A stretch of 64,000 nucleotides of DNA, taken from positions 64,001-128,000 of the forward strand of contig CAWDOY010000001.1 in the NCBI GenBank assembly GCA_963803975.1, in the 5' to 3' direction. Position 1 is the first letter of the stretch. The number at the start of each line of letters is the position of its first letter. Source of the stretch: an uncultured delta proteobacterium. Its GTDB lineage: Bacteria; Desulfobacterota; WTBG01; CAIYCZ01. Below are positions 31,159 to 41,485 of this stretch, piece by piece. The notes under the pieces were generated by a model. That model ran no database searches. It was not told the DNA's origin and saw only the letters and a program-made list of their open reading frames with translations. The position numbers were made by a program, and so were the translations under genes.

Positions 31159-32142
31159 CTAATCACTCCACACTTCCACATTGGGGTCAAGTTCCTTCCC
31201 GGTCTTATTGATATACGTGAACGCTTCTTTGTCATGTAAAGCATAGGCTCGCAGAAACAGTGCAGTCCATCGCGCATAGGTCTCTATGGATACCTCCCGA
31301 TCAATAGTGGGTTCTGCTGAGTCCTTCCCCGGTCCTGGAGGATTATTCATATCACACATGCCAAAATGATTTGCACCCTTGACCTCAACGAGCATTTTCG
31401 GCGGATCATCAATCATGCCATAAGATGTTATGCTGACATCATACACGGCACGGGTTTCTATGGCGCCGTTTATAAACGCAATGGGCATTCCCATGTCGTG
31501 GGTATCCCTGATTGTTGTATCTCCGGGTACTCCGTATGGCTTTGTGTTGATACCGGTTAAGGCGATTGCTTTCAATTCTTCCGGCCTGGTAAAAGTCTCT
31601 CCGGCAGGGCAGAAGGTTGGCTCACACAAATTCTGAATGGCATTTATGGTACATGCAGCACCGTATGAGTGCCCCAACCCCACGAGCGTTGAGGTATCAA
31701 TTAGCCCTTTAATGGGCGAATCTGCGCTCCCGTTTTCATCTTTCATAAATTCTAATACATCATAGAACTGCTTCTGCTCTGAAAACAGGCCAGAAGCATT
31801 AAACCCCGGTATGGCGATTGTAGAAAAATGATTGGGCACCACAACTATGAAACCATAGCTGGCAACATAATGCGCATATTTTGAATAATATTGCTTATCA
31901 ACCCTGCCGCCCTGTAAAAACAGAGCAATCGGAAATTTGCAAAACCCTTTTGCTAAACCTTCAACAACCGGGTAATAAATGTCTGCAGGGTCATCATGCT
32001 GCGGCATTGTTGTTTCAAATGATGAGGTATTTTTAAAGAGAGGTTTTGGTGTTTCAGTTTTAAGACATCCTGAAATTGCGATTGAACTTATCAGGCAACC
32101 TGCTAACAGAGAGTACCAAGAAATTTTTAAACTGTTGTGCAT
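31159..32142 (-). CDS. Alpha/beta hydrolase lipoprotein (chlorophyllase/cutinase-like)
   Basis: ASYGFIVVVP, GHSYG nucleophile elbow, GANHFG catalytic His; lipobox ISGC. Confidence 0.82.
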   Translation of the reverse strand: MHNSLKISWYSLLAGCLISSIAISGCLKTETPKPLFKNTSSFETTMPQHDDPADIYYPVVEGLAKGFCKFPIALFLQGGRVDKQYYSKYAHYVASYGFIVVVPNHFSTIAIPGFNASGLFSEQKQFYDVLEFMKDENGSADSPIKGLIDTSTLVGLGHSYGAACTINAIQNLCEPTFCPAGETFTRPEELKAIALTGINTKPYGVPGDTTIRDTHDMGMPIAFINGAIETRAVYDVSITSYGMIDDPPKMLVEVKGANHFGMCDMNNPPGPGKDSAEPTIDREVSIETYARWTALFLRAYALHDKEAFTYINKTGKELDPNVEVWSD

Positions 32143-32417
32143 GACGTTCTCCTTTTATGTTGTTGATTGTTTAATCACCAGTAACTACCAGTCTATGGGC
32201 TGTAGTAAATCTATTTCAGGTTATGCACCTCATTATCATCGAGCAAAGTAAACCCGGCTCTGGTGAGCACTGATACTGCTTCAGGCATTTCTTCTACATC
32301 TAAAATCATCAATGCCCATTTATTTAATAGTATGTTTCACTTTTTCTAAAATAGCTCTAAATATTTTCATCAACTCATTGATCCCCTGTATCAGCCTTTC
32401 CTTATTCCTTGTGGCAT

Positions 32418-32714
32418 TACAGGAAGCTGCCGAAGACTGTGTCGCCGTAGAGGATTCCGCCAATGGCGTTATGGCGGCAAAGGAGGCGAGCATGAAATGT
32501 ATAGGTTTTAAAAACGCGAATTCCGGTGAACAGGATTTGTCACTGGCAGATATGGTGATTGATGATTTTAGAAAAGTTAATTTAGAAATCATTGAACCAC
32601 TGTATAATTAAACGGAAATAAGGAAAATTAATTGGACATCTGGAAGAAAAACTGGGTAAGATATTGAAACCGCAAAAAGGCGGGAGACCGAAGAAGCAGA
32701 AAAACTAGTATGGT
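32418..32714 (+). pseudogene. Direct repeat copy 2: truncated HAD 3' fragment plus downstream DNA
   Basis: LQEAAEDCVAVEDSANGV..DLSLADMVIDDF..LYN* without the N-terminal two-thirds. Confidence 0.85.
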
Positions 32715-32927
32715 CCCCTGATTTCCTGATTTCTGTTTTCGTCCCCTGATTTCAAAATCCTCGAAGCACTCTACAAATAGCCCCGCTCTTTTATCTATTC
32801 CTATTGCTTCAGGCATCTTTTATTCCGCAACCCCGAATCCCCAATCCCTATCTTCTATTTTCTATGAGGCAATTAGGGACGGGCTTCTATTATGTAAATT
32901 AACGTCGATATTATCCTTGTTTTGCCT

Positions 32928-35718
32928 CTAAACGCTTTTAATTTTGTGCTTTCTTTTAATGACTTTCTCCGAAGCATGCGTGATTGGATTAATGTACTTT
33001 TGGTAAAGGTCAAAAAGAAACTCAAGCCGTTCAAGTTCAGTTTTAAAAGATTTTGAGCGGTAGCAGACATCAACAGCGGCGTCTAATGCCTTGTGCGCAT
33101 CAACAAGCGCCTTGGGCATGGTGTTGGGATCATACAGATCAGCAAGTGTAGAATCGTGAAACTTGGCGCGGCTATCTAAAACCTTCTGAGCTGCCTCTTC
33201 CACTCGCTGCTTCTGTATCGGGGTGAGTTGTTCGGGCCAGGGGAAATTGTTATATACGATGTTGTTTGAATAACGATAACGGGCTTCAAGCCGCCCACAC
33301 ACCTGCCGCATCCAAGCCATATGCATAGAGGATTGCAGTATGCCGAAATGATAAAGGGTCGCGTTGGGCAACATGGCACAAGAATTATTAGCAATATAAT
33401 TTTTATCAAAAAACGACATAGGAACAAAACGACTATTTTCCGAGGAATGCAGAGGTATTAAAACATAGTTACTTTTGGGTTGACGGATTTCTCCAAACAA
33501 ATATGGGGTGCTTGCGAGGCCAACGGTTTGAGCTTTTTTGCTGTCTTTACGAAAATTAATACTCCTTCAACTCTTTTCATGATTTCTAAGAGTTTGCGAA
33601 ACTCAGAAGGTTCTGCATCTGCCAGCCAAACACACCATCTTTTTTCGCCATTAATAAACTCGTGGGCGCTTATCAGCGGCTTAATAAATTTATCTGCAGC
33701 TGGTTCCTTTGAAAGCAGCTCTGCTTTTTCATCATCAGCCAGCAATAAGAATCCGCCATCAGTGGGTTTGCTTCCATACACCATTTTAGGCGCATCACAT
33801 ATCGGCTTACTTCTGCTGACAGCCATTACATTTGCCGCATCAACCAAATACGGGTTGATATTACGGACAATTATTTCATGTGGCTCCGCATCAGGTTCAG
33901 CGTAATCATATAACCGTTTGGGTTTTGCATCTTGGAGACCAAATCCTATAACCACACAAAACACCGCTGCTTTACCACGCGCGTCGTTTGACCATCGAAA
34001 CGTGCGATGCGCAAAATGGATTTTTACCCCCTGGTCAATAAGCCATTGCCACAAAGCCCCGACCTGCTCACCTTGAGTAATTGAATTTGTGGATACGAAT
34101 GCAACTTTAATTTGTGTGCTCTCGATAAACTGCGTTGCCTTCACATACCATGCGCATACATAGTCAAGCATTCCTGAGTTTGGTAATGGCGCGCAAGCCA
34201 GTTCCATATCCGCATTTTGCGAAGTATTGCGAAGATGTTTGCCTATAAACGGTGGATTGCCGAGAATATAGAGAGAAGTGTCGCTTGAGTCATTCGGCTT
34301 GGAAACTATAGCAGCCCAATCAAGCTGCAAAGCGTTGCCGTGTTTGATATTGGCAGATTTTTTAAGCGGCAACCTGACAAAGCTCTGCCCGAACTCTTCC
34401 GAAAGCTGCATGTTCATCTGGTGGTCGGTAAGCCAGAGCGCAACCTCTGCAATGCGGACGGGAAATTCCTCGATCCTCTATCCCATACATTGCATCAACA
34501 TCGATTCGGGATATAATCTTTATATCAACCACAAGCTGGTGCGAAGCTCTGCCGGATAAGGTGCGGAGCTGTTTAAGAATGGCGATTTCAAGAAGCCGCA
34601 GTTCGCGGTAAGTAATAATCAAGAAATTGCCACAGCCGCAGGCGGGGTCGAAAAACCGTAGTTTGGCGATCCGCTCATGCAGTTGCTTCAACTTCCTTTC
34701 ATCAAACTTTGATTTTTCAAATTTGCTGCAACTCATCCAGAAACAGCCCGCGCACGACCTTTAAAATGTTTTTCTCAGAGGTGTAGTGCGCGCCCAGATT
34801 GCGGCGCTTGTCTTTATCCATAACCGACTGAAACATAGAGCCGAAAATGGCAGGAGAAACTTTGCTCCAGTCGAAAGCGCAGCATTCCGATAGAACAGCC
34901 CGCATTTTTCCATTAAAGGAGGGAATGGGAAGACTTTCGTCAAACAGCGAGCCATTGACATAGGGGAACTGTTGCAGCTCCTCGTCGGAGGTTCTCTGCC
35001 GCAGTTCCTGGGGCCGGTTTAATGTCTGAAATATGTGGGCTATAATGGCGCCGGTGTCTGAGCCGTTTTCACTGGTTCTGGATCTCGATAAAATATTTGA
35101 AATGATCTTTGGGGAAAATGCCGGTATCATCGGCAAAAAGGCAGTAGAGCAGACGAACCAGAAATATTTCCAGTTCATGACCTGCATAGCCGCTCTCTAA
35201 AAGAGCGTCATGCAGCTCACCCATTTTTTCTGCAACTTTGATATTAACGGGATCTTCGTCAGTGTAGGTTTGCTTTGTATAACCTGAGATGAACCCGAAT
35301 AAATGAATTTTATTAGGTAATTGGGATAGTGTGAAGCTGGAAGCATCATTAGTTTCCAGATTGTAAAGATAAAAGTCTGTGAAATCGGATACCAGCACAT
35401 ATCTGCGGCAAGTCCTGCTCGCTGATGCCGGTAAAATAATCAAGTGCCTGTTCGTATGCCTTGTTTAAATCTTTGCCCCTGGATTTATGCTCGACTATCA
35501 GCGTGCCTTTCCAGAGCAAGTCTATTGACCCGCGATTAGCACCGCAGTTTTTTTGCCGGCTCTTCAAATGAGGCAACCCGCCTGCGGGTGAGGCCGAAGA
35601 TGTTAAAGAATTCATTCCAAAACGTTTGAGCTTCGGCTTTCTCGCTGGTTGCACCTTCCCACTCTTTTGCAAAGGCCCGTGCGCGATCTCTTATTTCTTG
35701 CTGGCTAAGGAGAGGCAT
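32928..35718 (-). pseudogene. MmeI-like Type IIL restriction-modification enzyme in seven frame fragments
   Basis: AQTFWNEFF, IDLLWKG..VEHKS, LGAHYTSE.NI, DPACGCGNFL, GNPPF, GRLEARYRYSN..VYNNFPWP, LADLYDP..MP. Confidence 0.9.
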
Positions 35719-35877
35719 ATGGTTTCTACATTAAAATAGTTTGTGGAAAATAATGGAAACCGTTGGGAAACATGCGGCCTAATTTTCATATGGCAATTTA
35801 AGGCCGACAATATTCATGGGAAAACCATTCCCTTTATTTTAATAAATGTAAACAAAACCTCAATCATCAATAACAAC

Positions 35878-37038
35878 CTACCTGCTATACCTATCCATCA
35901 CCTTTCTCACTGCATCTATCACATCCTGCACATCATCATCAGTAAGTTTCGTCGACAGGGGCAGGGAGATGGTGCGCTCGGAAACATAGAGGGCTTTGGC
36001 GAAATCATCCGGCTTGAATCCATAGCGTTCGCGGTAATACTCGTGCAGGTGCAGGGAAATATAATGGATGCCGGTGCCGATATTTTCTTCATGGAGCGCC
36101 TGCTGGATGGTGTCACGGTCTGCCTTGACGTCTTCAAGCTTCACCAGAATGGTGTAGAGGTGGCGTGCGTGACGGGTATTTTTCTCTGGAGGGGCAGGGG
36201 TCACGACTGGCAAATCTTTGAAAGCCTCATCATAGCGCTTCCATAGTTCTTCCCGGCGCGCGAGTCCTGCTTCAAGGCGCTTTAACTGATGGATGCCCAG
36301 TGCTGCCTGAAGGTCCATCATGTTATATTTAAATCCCGGGAAAATAATCTGGTAGTGCTTGAACCCCTCGTCGGAATATCTGCGCCAGGCCCCTTTGCTC
36401 ATGCCGTGCAGCCCGTAGGTCTGAATTTTTTCCGCGTATTCGTCATTATCCGTTGTCACCATGCCGCCTTCGCCGGTCACCAGGTTTTTCGTCACATAGA
36501 AGCTGAACACCGCCATATCACCGATGGTGCCAATCTTTTTGCCTTGGTATTGTGCTTCTATGGCATGGGCAGCATCCTCAATGACAAGCAGGTTATGGTT
36601 TTTTGCTATTCCCATAATGCGGTCCATATTGCATGGCCTGCCGCAGAGATGCACCGGGAGAATTGCTTTTGTTTTTGGAGAAAGTTTTTCCTCGATCAGC
36701 CCAGGGTCTATAGTCATGGATGATAACTCTATGTCAACGAAGACCGGGCTTGCGCCGGTGTGCAGGATGGCGTTCGCTGTGGCGGCAAAGGTCATGGGCG
36801 TGGTAATGACTTCATCGCCGGGCTTCAAGCCGGCAACAATCATCGAGAGATGGAGGCCAGCGGTACAGGAGTTAAGCGCAAGAGCATGTTTTGAGCCGAT
36901 ATACTGTTTAAACTGTTCCTCAAATTGAGCGACCCGGGGCCCGGTGGAAATCCATCCCGAGCGCAGGCAGTCGACAACCTCTTTAATTTCATCTTCCTCA
37001 ATCTGCGGATTGCCAAAAACTAAAAAATCTTTACGCAT
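35878..37038 (-). CDS. DegT/DnrJ/EryC1/StrS sugar aminotransferase
   Basis: NSCTAGLHL, IEDAAHA, FSFYVTKNLVTGEGG (PLP-Lys). Confidence 0.93.
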   Translation of the reverse strand: MRKDFLVFGNPQIEEDEIKEVVDCLRSGWISTGPRVAQFEEQFKQYIGSKHALALNSCTAGLHLSMIVAGLKPGDEVITTPMTFAATANAILHTGASPVFVDIELSSMTIDPGLIEEKLSPKTKAILPVHLCGRPCNMDRIMGIAKNHNLLVIEDAAHAIEAQYQGKKIGTIGDMAVFSFYVTKNLVTGEGGMVTTDNDEYAEKIQTYGLHGMSKGAWRRYSDEGFKHYQIIFPGFKYNMMDLQAALGIHQLKRLEAGLARREELWKRYDEAFKDLPVVTPAPPEKNTRHARHLYTILVKLEDVKADRDTIQQALHEENIGTGIHYISLHLHEYYRERYGFKPDDFAKALYVSERTISLPLSTKLTDDDVQDVIDAVRKVMDRYSR

Positions 37039-37152
37039 GGTGCATATTCCTTTCGTATCATGGGACGCAGATAAATGCTGATATTAAGAAGCGCAGTATC
37101 AGCAACTATACCATAGAAATGAAATCTGCAGGTATCTGCGAAAATCTGCGTC

Positions 37153-38100
37153 CTATCTGTTTTTTCTCAGGCCCCAGGAATCCGGGCACAGCAGCAGGTG
37201 CCACCAGAGCAGATATGCATAGATTGCAGTTTTCTCACGGAGCCTCTGGCTGGCGCCAAACGTAAGGCAGAGGCCTGCCAGGTTAAGGACGCAGTTAATA
37301 ACCAGCTTTATAAAGCGAACAATTCTAAGTAGAGCATAGGACACAATCGGGCGGTTTTTCTTAAAAAACAGATACAGGGACCGGTAATATTCAATGCGCG
37401 CTTGTGCCGGCCGGCGCTTTTTGCTCTGTCCCTGGAGGTGCATGATTTCAGCCGCAGGATGATGATACATTTTCCACCCGGCTGCGCGCAGGCGAAAACA
37501 CCAGTCGGTCTCTTCAAGAAAGAAAAAGTAATCCTCATCAAGCGGGCCTACCTGCAGTATTGCATCACGCCGTATCGCCATGCAGGCCCCGATTATGGAA
37601 TCTACCTCAAAAGGCTCGGACGCGAAAGAATTTTTCCCGGCGTATTTCTCCGGGAAAAGGGCCCGCAGCAGGCTTTTGTTGAGCAGCTCTGTTGTGAGTG
37701 ACGGGAAATTGTCATAGCTGTTTTGCAGGGACCCGTCACTGTCAATCATGCGCGGCCCAATTGCTGCCGCGGCTGGATTGTTTTCCAGAAACGCTATAAG
37801 CGTGCTGATTGCGCTTTCTTGCAGCACGGTATCGCTGTTCAGCAGAACTATATACCTTCCCTGAGCAATCTTCAATGCCTGGTTGTTTGCCTGAGCAAAA
37901 CCCCGGTTCTCACTGTTTTCAATGAGGGTTACCTGTGTGCCGAACTGCTCCTTTACTGCACCGACACTCCCGTCGGTAGACCCGTTATCCACCACAAAAA
38001 TCTCATAACTGCATCCGGTTACCGTATTGGCAATGGAGCGCAGGCAGTCAAGCAGCAGTTTGCAGGTATTCCAGTTCACAATGATAAAGGATATATCCAT
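37153..38100 (-). CDS. Glycosyltransferase family 2
   Basis: IIVNWN, VVDNGSTDGS, N.GFA.ANN, LLNSD, FFFLEETDWC. Confidence 0.92.
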   Translation of the reverse strand: MDISFIIVNWNTCKLLLDCLRSIANTVTGCSYEIFVVDNGSTDGSVGAVKEQFGTQVTLIENSENRGFAQANNQALKIAQGRYIVLLNSDTVLQESAISTLIAFLENNPAAAAIGPRMIDSDGSLQNSYDNFPSLTTELLNKSLLRALFPEKYAGKNSFASEPFEVDSIIGACMAIRRDAILQVGPLDEDYFFFLEETDWCFRLRAAGWKMYHHPAAEIMHLQGQSKKRRPAQARIEYYRSLYLFFKKNRPIVSYALLRIVRFIKLVINCVLNLAGLCLTFGASQRLREKTAIYAYLLWWHLLLCPDSWGLRKNR

Positions 38101-38248
38101 AAAAACATGCAACCCTTACGCTTAATTTATGAGGGGAATATCACAAGCAGGGTAATTGTCAAATAATTTTGAAATCATTATCAGGTGCGGCTTTTCTACA
38201 GAGCGGTTCAGCGATTGGGCTGAGAGCTGTTTGGCAGGAGCAGTGAAG

Positions 38249-38710
38249 TTAGTAGGTTTCCCTTAAGATTTCACGGGCGGTTATATGAAGCTGAGACCCG
38301 GGAGTTTCGCGAGACACAATGTTAATGCGGAGGAGGAGTGAAAATTCTTCATCCTGATTATCGTTGTTTGTGTCTGTCGTTGTGTATTGAAGCCAGTTTT
38401 GAAGCCCGAGGCGCGCAGGGTCATCAGGCAGGTCCGCGCCATGGGGATTGCAGACTGCCACCAGCTGTGACCATGAGGTTATGTCACTCTCCGCAGGAAA
38501 CACCCCGTATCGCGTGACGGTCGAGTAGCTTATAAGGGATGCCTGAATAGAATGCGCTGAGGCCAAGCTTGCTGCTATGGAGGATTTTTGCCGGTAGGAC
38601 ATGAAGAGAAGAGTGGCAACCGCGGCCAAAATGCCAATGATTGCAACCGTTATCATCAATTCGATGAGCGTAAAGCCCGAATGTTTATCCTTACCCTTAT
38701 ATGCTGTCAT
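38249..38710 (-). CDS. Type IV pilin-like protein
   Basis: Class III signal G|FTLIELMITVAIIGILAAVA; start uncertain (38710 or upstream). Confidence 0.88.
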   Translation of the reverse strand: MTAYKGKDKHSGFTLIELMITVAIIGILAAVATLLFMSYRQKSSIAASLASAHSIQASLISYSTVTRYGVFPAESDITSWSQLVAVCNPHGADLPDDPARLGLQNWLQYTTTDTNNDNQDEEFSLLLRINIVSRETPGSQLHITAREILRETY

Positions 38711-38848
38711 GCGCTTTACGAGTGGGCCAATATCCTCATGTGTATACCTATTACTTATGTATCTATACATAATACTTATAATAGTCAACTAATTTGTAAA
38801 TATTTTTAATTTATTATAGTTTTTAATTACTTCCCCCGGGATGGATAG

Positions 38849-40354
38849 CTAATTCCTTGATGATGCGCGGATGGCTCGCTCAAATGCCCAGGTTCTTATG
38901 TGGTTCATCTGTTCCTTCATGGTCTTTGAGAGCGGCACAATCTGCTTGCAGGAAAAAAACAGGTCATTGTTATCGACAGAACGGTCGTTCAGCTGTGCAG
39001 ATACGAGCGCCCCGATAACGCACTGCTCCACTTCAGCCCCGGTCCAGCCGTCACTCAACTTTGCAAACAGCTCCATATCAAGGGTGTCAGGGTTGACCTC
39101 GCGCTTGAGCAGATGAATCTTCAGGATCTCAACACGCTCTGCCGGTGTTGGCAGGTCGATGAAAAAGACCTGGTCAAAGCGTCCTTTGCGGAGCATTTCA
39201 GCGGGGAGCAGATCAATGCGGTTGGCCGTTGCTGCCACAAACAGGCCGGGCGTCTTTTCCTGCATCCAGGTGAGGAAGAAGCCGAAGATCCGGCCGAGCA
39301 TGCCACTTGCTGTTGCAGAATTGCTGGAAATTGAGGTTTCAATCTCATCGAACCAGAGCACAGCAGGGGCTATTTCCTCCATGGTTTTACATGCATCGAC
39401 AAATGCCCGCTCCGGGTTGGAACTGGCGGAAAAAATCTGAATCATGTCTATGCGGTACAGCGGAAGCTCAAAACTGCCGGCGATGACTTTCACCGACAGG
39501 CTTTTGCCGCAGCCTGATATTCCCATCATCAGAACCCCTTTGGGAATTATTTCATGGCTGATGCTTTCGCGCTGCTGAAACAGCTTGCGCCGCTCCTGAA
39601 GCCATCTCTTAAGATTGTCAAGACCTCCCAGATCGCTGAGCGGAATATTGTCAGGGATATATTCGATGAGCCCTGTTTTGCTGATGAGGAGACGCTTCTC
39701 TTCCAGCAGGATGGGAATTACCCCGGTGCTGAGGGTTTTACCCCGGGCCGTTGCGCGGCGGATGGCATGGAGGGACTCGTTGAAGGTGAGGCCCTGGAGC
39801 GCGCGGGCAAGCACATAGGTTTTATCCTCATCCAGATCAACCGAGCCGCCATCGGCGGCAATGCGCTCTGCCTCTGCATGAAGAAGCATCTGCAACTCCC
39901 CGACATCGGGAATCGGCAGCGCCAGAAACAGCAGTTCGCGACTTATCTCATCGGGAATGGCCTTGACGGGCGAGACCATGACCACGAAAATGTTGCGTTC
40001 GAGGCCGGCATAGTATATATCGCGCAGCCGCCGCCTGATCTCCGGGACCGTCTCTATAAGCCCATGAAAGTCCTTGAGGAGAAAAAGGGCCGGGCCGGGC
40101 TGTGCAATAATAAAATCAAGCAGCGCGTGCGGCTCTCGGGGCAGGTTTTCCGCCACAATGCCATGCTGCTGCAACCCGTCAGTGATACTCCAGGTAAAAA
40201 ACGGGACGCTTTCCCTGAAATATGTTTCAGTGGCCGATTGCAGGAGGCGCACTACCCGCTGTTCTTCAGATGATTGAATGTATATGAGCGGCCGATGCGC
40301 ATCAAATGCATCACAGATGGCGGATAGTGATTTGCTTTCAGCCTGCTGTGCCAT
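38849..40354 (-). CDS. AAA+ ATPase, Ycf46-like
   Basis: GGLDNLK.WL, GISGCGKS Walker A, LWFDEIE Walker B, ATAN..LP.E.LRKGRFD. Confidence 0.9.
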   Translation of the reverse strand: MAQQAESKSLSAICDAFDAHRPLIYIQSSEEQRVVRLLQSATETYFRESVPFFTWSITDGLQQHGIVAENLPREPHALLDFIIAQPGPALFLLKDFHGLIETVPEIRRRLRDIYYAGLERNIFVVMVSPVKAIPDEISRELLFLALPIPDVGELQMLLHAEAERIAADGGSVDLDEDKTYVLARALQGLTFNESLHAIRRATARGKTLSTGVIPILLEEKRLLISKTGLIEYIPDNIPLSDLGGLDNLKRWLQERRKLFQQRESISHEIIPKGVLMMGISGCGKSLSVKVIAGSFELPLYRIDMIQIFSASSNPERAFVDACKTMEEIAPAVLWFDEIETSISSNSATASGMLGRIFGFFLTWMQEKTPGLFVAATANRIDLLPAEMLRKGRFDQVFFIDLPTPAERVEILKIHLLKREVNPDTLDMELFAKLSDGWTGAEVEQCVIGALVSAQLNDRSVDNNDLFFSCKQIVPLSKTMKEQMNHIRTWAFERAIRASSRN

Positions 40355-40396
40355 AAAAGCTCCTTTGTTGTATGGACATCAAACAGCATCCGCCGG

Positions 40397-41479
40397 TCAC
40401 TGCTTATTACCGGCAGTGGTAATGGATAGACGGTATGAGTCTTCTTCAGGTATATAGCTAATGTTTTCAGCGTGCTCAGGGGCAAGCAGGAACTTAGCGG
40501 TAACCAGTTCATTAAGAGATGCGGGGTACCGGCCATTTCTTATTTTATACACGTCAAGCGCGTGTTCAATCTGCAGCAGCGCCTGGTTTTTTTGATATTC
40601 TGTAAGATACGGCTGTTTTACCAGTTTCGGGTTGCGCAGCAGGATATTTTCAGGGAACGAGGTCGGTAAAAGCATGACCATGAAAAGCACCAGCCCCAGA
40701 GCAGCATAGTGAATGGCAGCGCTGAACTTTTGCGTGATCATGGCAATCAGCGCCCTTGCAGGGGCGGCAGCAGGTGGTGCGGCCTCTGTTATGTAGCCGG
40801 CCCGCAGCAGTTCTGACAGTATCTTGCAGGTGTTGAATTTGCCCAGAAGGCTTTCATCAATAAGCTCCTGGGTGTTACGCCGGCCATCCAGGAGGTTGTA
40901 CACGAGCAGACCGTCATCTGCCAGATCTGCCGGAAAGATGCCCGGCATCGGTTGAAACGTCATCTCAAACGAAGGAACAAACCGTTGGACATTAGGCCAT
41001 TCATCAATCATGCGCAGGACATCAAGAAGAATTGATTGAATATTTATGAGCTGATAGAGGGGTGATTTTACTTTGACTTCTTTCGGGTTGAACTGGTACG
41101 AACCCTCTTTCCACTGAAAAATATCATAAAACGTTCCATATATCTGGATTTGAATAGCCCGCTTCAGGTCTTCCCGGGTAATAGCCCCCTGTTGTATAAG
41201 GATTTCACCAAGCTGCTCACCGGTTTGTTTTTGCATGACAAGGGCGGCCTGCAGCTGCCCGGGAGATATTAATTTTGCTTTTACCAGAAGAGTGCCCAGG
41301 TTATCTCTTCTGGATCCGGTGGTGGCGTGCGCAGCAGAAATGTTGCCTTCCTCAAGATATATTTCAACGTTAGCCCCCCTTGATTCGACCATGAGGGCGC
41401 CGGTTTTCTGCTGCTGACATATGAGCTGTAATATATCAGCAACCCCGAACTCTTTGATGGTGCCTTCTAACCCTGGCAT
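40397..41479 (-). CDS. DUF4388 protein with MshEN-like repeat, TM helix and pseudopilin-like C-terminus
   Basis: LEGTIKEFGVADILQL..KTGAL, LGTLLV..LGEILI repeat, W.EG.Y.F, C-terminal IEHALDVYKIRNGRYPASL.EL. Confidence 0.82.
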   Translation of the reverse strand: MPGLEGTIKEFGVADILQLICQQQKTGALMVESRGANVEIYLEEGNISAAHATTGSRRDNLGTLLVKAKLISPGQLQAALVMQKQTGEQLGEILIQQGAITREDLKRAIQIQIYGTFYDIFQWKEGSYQFNPKEVKVKSPLYQLINIQSILLDVLRMIDEWPNVQRFVPSFEMTFQPMPGIFPADLADDGLLVYNLLDGRRNTQELIDESLLGKFNTCKILSELLRAGYITEAAPPAAAPARALIAMITQKFSAAIHYAALGLVLFMVMLLPTSFPENILLRNPKLVKQPYLTEYQKNQALLQIEHALDVYKIRNGRYPASLNELVTAKFLLAPEHAENISYIPEEDSYRLSITTAGNKQ

Positions 41480-41485
41480 AGCGTG

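Noticed and set aside
27771..32714. Diverged repeat pair as a diversity-generating retroelement TR/VR
   Set aside because: Mismatches involve all bases (many T/C) rather than only adenines, and there is no reverse transcriptase in the window
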